Shown here one piece after another: positions 37,481 through 44,270 of a stretch of DNA of 44,270 nucleotides (position 1 is the first letter of the stretch; each line of letters starts with the position of its first letter). The notes beneath the pieces were generated by a model. It worked only from the letters and a program-made list of their open reading frames with translations. It searched no databases and was not told the origin of the DNA. Source of the DNA: Octopus sinensis (taxonomy: Eukaryota); the NCBI RefSeq assembly GCF_006345805.1, contig NW_021834915.1, positions 1 through 44,270 on the forward strand, read 5' to 3'. The translations under genes and the position numbers were made by a program.

Positions 37481-38723
37481 TCTGCGTGAGCAAAATTTTA
37501 GCCTTATTCGTATATGTTTACCTGAATGGAAAACGGGCACCATTATGTCTGGAAATTAGAACAGGAATAAAAACCGTTTTGTTTTCGATTCTTCTGTTAT
37601 TGAAGAATTCGAAGGACAAGTGTGTGTATTCAACCTTTTCAATGTCAAACATTTACCGAAAAAAAAAAAATTAATTGAATTATGGGATATGGTTAAGGGA
37701 CAAACACTACACGTGAAAATATTTAATAGACGAATATAAGAAAACACGAAACAAACATTGTAGAAAGTAAGAAAATAATATATAAAATATATATAAACTT
37801 ATAGCGACAAACACTGTTCTATTTATATTAAATATCATTTAATGAAATATATTTAAGTCCCTTTGCAAACTATTTCCTAAAATCCCGTGAGAACCAAGCA
37901 GGTGTTTGAGGAACACAAATTATACAAGAATTCATGCACATACATATATTTTTTCGGTTTTGTTGTCGAATTTCATGTCTTCTATTTACTATCTTTTCTT
38001 TCTTTCTTTCTATATATTGTTTTTGTTCTTTGTTTTAACATTCCTGCCATCCCGCTTTACCACACCTGCAGCTCGTAGACAGCGAAATCATATACTATCT
38101 CCTGATTCACTAAGTATTTATTTGTCTTGGTACTCCCAAGCATGGTTCTGCTCTTCTCACTCGTAATGTAATAGAGCCTTTGCAGTTGTTCTAACCCTAA
38201 CGACCCCAGAACTACAACGTGTGGCAGTTTATAAGTGATAAGTAGTAACAAAACACACAAGTAGCGCAGTGTTAACAGTAGTACATGCCTAATGTTACAA
38301 CAATCTTTAAAATAACAGTTTGAAGGGGGGGGGAGTGTTAGAAGACAGTGATGGGAAGAGGTAGCGCCAAAAGACGGTGGCTTTGCTGTGAACGCGTAGA
38401 GGAGTTTCGCAGTGGGATTTAAAGAAGGGCTCTGAAACAGCTGTTGTTGTTGTTGTTGTTTAACGTTCCATGTCAGCTCTAACGAAAAGATCTATGATCA
38501 AAGCATTCCACCCATGACAACCCCGCATCTCTCCTCCCTCCAGATACAGTGTATCCAATTCAAGGAAATGGATCTCTTGGTTTTCTACTCTTGATTGCAG
38601 TAGTGTACTTGTTTTGGAAGTTCAGTGTAGGTGGGAAGCGGGTGGCCAGACCGGGTGACATTGTTATGGGGCGGCACTTTTGGGTTTGTGAAACCAATAT
38701 TGTAATGATATACAAACTAGTTG

Positions 38724-38780
<57 letters not shown>

Positions 38781-38781
38781 C

Positions 38782-39161
38782 AAGCACTCCGTCGGTTACG
38801 ACGACGAGGGTTCCGGTTGATCCGATCAAGGGAACAGCCTGCTCGTGAAATTAACGTGTAAGTGGCTGAGCACTCCACAGACACGTGCACCCTTAACGTA
38901 GTTCTCGGGGATATTCAGCGTGACACAGAGAGTGACAAGGCCGGCCCTTTGAAATACAGGTACAACAGAAACAGGAAATAAGAGTGAGAGAAAGTTGTGG
39001 TGAAAGAGTACGGCAGGGATCACCACCATCCCTGCCGGAGCGTCGTGGAGCTTTAGGTGTTTTCGCTCAATAAACACTCACAACGCCCGGTCTGGGAATC
39101 GAAACCGCGATCCTATGACCGCGAGTCCGCTGCCCTAACCACTGGGCCATTGCACCTCCAC
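38782..39161 (-). mobile_element. tRNA-headed SINE family E, full length
   Basis: A-box TGGCCCAGTGG, B-box GGTTTCGATTCC; near-identical copy at 44054. Confidence 0.88.
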
Positions 39162-39220
39162 ATATATATATATTAGTTCGTATTCGTATAATGCCCCTCC
39201 CATGTTCAGAGTATATATTA

Positions 39221-39286
<66 letters not shown>

Positions 39287-39692
39287 TTTCCAAGTAAGTT
39301 TATCTTTTTGATGCGGACTCTATACTATTTTCTCTCTCTCCCTCTGTCTCCGTTTCTCTCTCTCGTTGCTCATACGTGACCATCGCCCAGCTTTCTTTTC
39401 CTCACGTGATCAACTCTCTTTTCTTTCAGGATTGTTCTAAGGACTGGACGTATTCTACCTCTCCCTTCTCTCTTTTCTCTTGTCAAGGAACATATTTCTC
39501 CAGCGTTCGCTATTTTACCCTCGTTCTACCCTAACGGCCCTCCATGTTTGTTTTCGTTCGGTTTCTTTGCTTGTCTCCACTCTCCTGTTATTATTCCCAA
39601 CACTGACCCTCTATAAATCCTTAATTTTATTTTGGCACGTATGGGAACAACTGTCTTCGAAGTCTCATATTGTCGTTCAATGCAGGAAATGA

Positions 39693-39845
39693 GGAGTAGA
39701 TAGACGGCCAACAACTGACGAAGAGTCGTTCTTTATGTTACTCGTCTTGTTTTCCATTTGTTTCTCTCGTTGTTTACGTATTGAACTCATTTGCTTTCGT
39801 ATTTCATGTTGTTTACTGTTTGGTGATGTCCTATACCGATATATG

Positions 39846-39893
<48 letters not shown>

Positions 39894-39904
39894 TGTGTGT
39901 GTGT

Positions 39905-39940
<36 letters not shown>

Positions 39941-39947
39941 GCACACA

Positions 39948-40013
<66 letters not shown>

Positions 40014-40365
40014 AAGGCGGCGAACTGGCAGAAACGTTAGCACACCGGGCGAAATGCTAAGCGGTATTTCGTCTGCCGCTACGTTCTGAGTTCAAATTCC
40101 GCCGAGGTCGACTTTGCCTTTCATCCTTTCGGGGTCGATTAAATAAGTACCAGTACCAGTCGATGTAATTGACTTAATCCCTTTGTTTGTCCCCTCTATG
40201 TTTAGCATCTTGTGGGTAGAAAAGAAATATAAATATATATGGGCACAAAATGTCACTAACAGTAAACAACATGAAATACGAAAATAAATGAGAGAAACAA
40301 ATAAAAAGCAAGACAAGTAACACGAAGAACGAACTTTCATCAGTTGTCGACTGTCTATTTACTCC
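39693..40365. repeat. Inverted pair (39693-39828 / 40251-40365) around (TG)n(CA)n(TA)n and a SINE
   Basis: GGAGTA.ATAGAC..CAACTGA.GAA..CGTTCTT..GTTACT.GTCTTG occurs in opposite orientations. Confidence 0.75.
40015..40228 (+). mobile_element. SINE family A
   Basis: Head, core and type 1 tail. Confidence 0.9.
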
Positions 40366-40929
40366 TTATTTGAATATTTGGCCGGATATGGCAGGTTTAA
40401 ATGGGAGATCTAGCACTTTAAACGATCACATAGAAAGTTGCTTGTTTTAGTATTAAAGAAATTATTATCACACGTGAAAAGAAACTGTGTTGATGAATGA
40501 CATTGCATGAGGCATGAGACTCTAACCTCTCGGCTGGAGTACTCTGAGTTTATATTGCAACACTGATGTGACGTACTCAGTACAAGTGTTGTACTCTATT
40601 CAGGAGTACGTATTCTAATGTCGCTGTGTTTTTAGTGGCAGGTTAAATTTATAAAACTGAGAGAATGCAAAAGCAGAACCGTGGAGTAGTGGTGTTGGAT
40701 GAGGAGAGTGAAAATAAACTAGAATAAACTAGAAAGAAACGGAAATGTAGTACAGGGCTTGTAGCAAGCGAAAATGTTTGGTAAGATACAACTTTTGATA
40801 GAAGAACATTATGGAGAAACAACTGGTAGTTGTTCAAAATATGGACTCACAGCACTGGTTGACATGTAGTGGGAAACAGGCACAAAGTCGCCCTCTCTCT
40901 CTCCTCTTTTCACACACGGTTGCATCTTA

Positions 40930-40983
<54 letters not shown>

Positions 40984-41148
40984 TGTGTGAATCTGTATAT
41001 CATACTTAATGCAGATACATCATGAAAAATCTCATTAACTGCGGTATTCGTCTTCAGATATCTCTTGTAGACGTAGTGTTAAGTAACACAAAAGTATATA
41101 TGTAAGCAAACGACTATCGTCCAGCAGCGGTGGTAGTTTTAATAGATG

Positions 41149-41186
<38 letters not shown>

Positions 41187-41983
41187 TATAGCTATGTATA
41201 CGGCGGGCTCCAACTCAGTTTCCGTAATTCAAAATGCACTTGCAAAGCATTGATCTACCCAGAAATATAGTAGAGGTCACACGTGCTCAGGACAACCCGC
41301 AGTGACACAGAATCCGAAACCACGCAGTTGCGAAGCGAACCTTTTCACTGCACAACTGTGCCAACGCCTGATCTTTCTTTTTTCTTCCGTTCGAAACGAC
41401 ATTTCTAAGCCATCAGACCATTCCTTTCTAAGGGATAAATCGTATGGTGGTATCCCAGCAGGACCAAACTCACTACAGTTCTTTCCATAGAACCAAAGAA
41501 CAACATATATTTGTTCACAGCTGGATTTCACCAAACAGCGATGCTTCTAAGTACACACTGCTTGAGTTAAAGTGTCTGGGAAAAGAGTTTCTGCGGTATA
41601 TTGTGTTTTGTTTAGCCCTAGGGAGGAACTTGGATATGAATTCTAATCCTATAACTGCACTGTAGCTTGAAAAAGGATTGAATACACTTAATAGGAATTC
41701 AGGCAAAGAGAAACAAGGATAAAACAAGATAATTTACATTTAACACCTATTTTTGGAATGAAACAATATGCCGCCACGATTGCATAACCAATCACGTGGT
41801 CATTTTTACCTCATCTTCCCCACTTCTAAAATGTTACGTTGATTAGAGGCTACGTAAACACGCAGCTTATGAACATATGTATTACATGTTGATCTAAGCA
41901 TTTGATTTAGGCTTGTACTCTTAGTCTGCGGTGCACATAATAGAAAAAAGGCACTTATTATTATTATTATTATTATTATTGCT

Positions 41984-42317
<334 letters not shown>

Positions 42318-42417
42318 GAGGCAAGCTGGCAGAATCGTTAGTACGCCAGGCAATGTGCCTATGTTGTTATTCCTTAGGCAAAGGTTCCAATTTGTATAGG
42401 CACCAATTCTACTACTA

Positions 42418-42491
<74 letters not shown>

Positions 42492-42745
42492 GTTGTTATT
42501 ATTATTTCATTATTACTTACCCGAATTCTTCGCATAGCAGCTACAATCTCTACCCGACTGCTAGGTCTGGGTACATCGAGAGTACCAATATACTGAAAGT
42601 AGAAAATAGAAAAGGCCCGATTAAAGAAGTTGTAACATGATGGATGGAAGATAGAATAATATAAATAGTAGAAAAAAAAGAAAGAAAAAACAATGAAAAG
42701 CACCGAAAATAATAACGAGAATAATAAAATAAGGTGATAACGAAT

Positions 42746-42802
<57 letters not shown>

Positions 42803-43494
42803 GTGATGATGGTGGTGGTGGTTGGGAATATGGTGGTGGTAGCAGTTTTGCTGCACCTAGAAATATCTGCACTTCACAGACTAAAGTTGTACGTATTTAA
42901 TTACTTTTCTCTTCCGTTAGAGACAGACAATAGTCACGTGACAGTCTTGCTGCACCCAGTTGCAGTCAGCATAAGAAAAATACAATTTACTAACGATACT
43001 AATATTACAGGATTAACGACTGCATGCATTGCAGCAATGTGATAATTTGACTTGCAAATTTAGTGCACATCTCGTTAACAACAATTAAATGGTAAGAAAT
43101 AAATCGATACTACTTTTCTTAAGAATCTATTACGACTTTTGCACATAATGGTAATATCGTGAAAAAGATAAACGTGTTACGGCGGGTTTGTTTAGTGCCA
43201 AAGATTCATTTGTGCAAATTAGCTTTCATTACGACCAATAGATGCCATTTTGATGACGAAAAATGAAAGCACCAGCCTGGAACAAAGCAATTAATTTCAT
43301 CAGAAGACAATATTAAGTATGAGGATATGTTTGTCAACTACGTAATACACAAGACACACACACGCGTGCGCGAACACCGTATTTCTCTCTTTCTGTCTTT
43401 TTCGCTTTGTGTGCGTGCGTGAGTGAGTGTATATAGACATGTACTGCGTGTGTGTATGAATATGTGTGTGCGTGCGCGTGCGCTTCCGTGTATT

Positions 43495-43655
43495 CTTTTA
43501 CTCTTTTACTCTTTTGTTTCATCGACCCCAGGACTTATTCTTTGTAAGAGGTACTTATTCTATCGGTCTCTTTTTCCGAACCTCTAAGTTACGGGGGCGT
43601 AAACACACCAGTATCGGTTGTCAAGCGATGTTGGGGGGACAAACACAGACACACA
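43495..43655 (-). mobile_element. SINE family B, 3' half (other fragments near 7838, 8590, 9270, 10495, 11590, 12105, 26189, 33255, 41200)
   Basis: Matches the family B tail or head sequence. Confidence 0.8.
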
Positions 43656-44053
43656 AAGCCTGCGCTCTTTCAACTTAATTCTATTTTGTTTTGTTCGATA
43701 GCTTAGTCAGAGTTAGAAGAGCTGCGTCCAAGAATCTTGGCAAGGGTTTGCAAGACAGTTGGAAGTAACGGACAGAGTTATCTCTAGCTTGAAATTCCTG
43801 TTCAAGACTTGCAAAAGATCGGACTAGTTAAATCTTCTTTAAATCAAAGCTTTAATGCCTTAAAATAAGAATAAAAACATTGGATAATGTGGTTGAAAAA
43901 CAAAAGAGAAGAGTGTGGCATGGTTGGAATGTCTTTTGATTATGTGTCTGTTTGACCTAGAGCTATAAAACAACTAATTCACCTGCCTCTCGAACGTTGA
44001 CCTGCCATTAAATTCTCACCAACACACACCAACTGCTGCCATCATTTGGATGG

Positions 44054-44270
44054 AAGCACTCCGTCGGTTACGACGATGAGGGTTCCGGTTGATCCGATCA
44101 ACGGAACAGCCTGCTCGTGAAATTAACGTGTAAGTGGCTGAGCACTCCACAGACACGTGCACCCTTAACGTAGTTCTCTCGGATATTCAGCGTGACACAG
44201 AGAGTGACAAGGCCGGCCCTTTGAAATACAGGTACAACAGAAACAGGAAGTAAGAGTAAGAGAAGTTGTG
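44054..44270 (-). mobile_element. SINE family E, cut by the window end
   Basis: Only about 6-7 differences from 38782-39000. Confidence 0.88.

Noticed and set aside
39714-39750. CTGACGA (also at 40338-40344 minus and 8332) as hammerhead cores
   Set aside because: There is no GAAA and no stem III in a workable position.

Overview
Eukaryotic, AT-rich, microsatellite-saturated non-coding DNA. The SINE families and repeat landscape look like an octopus genome; this is recognition, not a database result. I find no host protein-coding gene, and almost all ORFs in the supplied track are translations of simple repeats. Main contents: (1) a near full-length CR1-group LINE (~19169-23810) with an intact ORF1 (Myb/SANT-like domain, poly-Q, two CCCH fingers) and an APE-RT ORF2 broken by one stop and one +1 frameshift. 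ORF2 has no usable ATG but overlaps ORF1 in the -1 frame behind an in-frame U UUU UUA heptamer. (2) Many tRNA-headed SINEs of at least four families, Tc1/mariner and piggyBac-like DNA elements, and L1/Tx1 and Gypsy relics. (3) Most notably, several unrelated short non-coding elements set in (TA)n arrays that carry type I hammerhead ribozyme folds. These are a complete canonical hammerhead in a 459-nt retrozyme-like unit with ~170-bp direct repeats (25556-26185), a hammerhead fold with the C3-G8 core pair swapped to G3-C8 inside an inverted repeat (4867-5111), a ~355-bp palindrome with a hammerhead motif in each arm (6581-6934), and several decayed copies. All RNA structures were folded by eye and none is experimentally confirmed.
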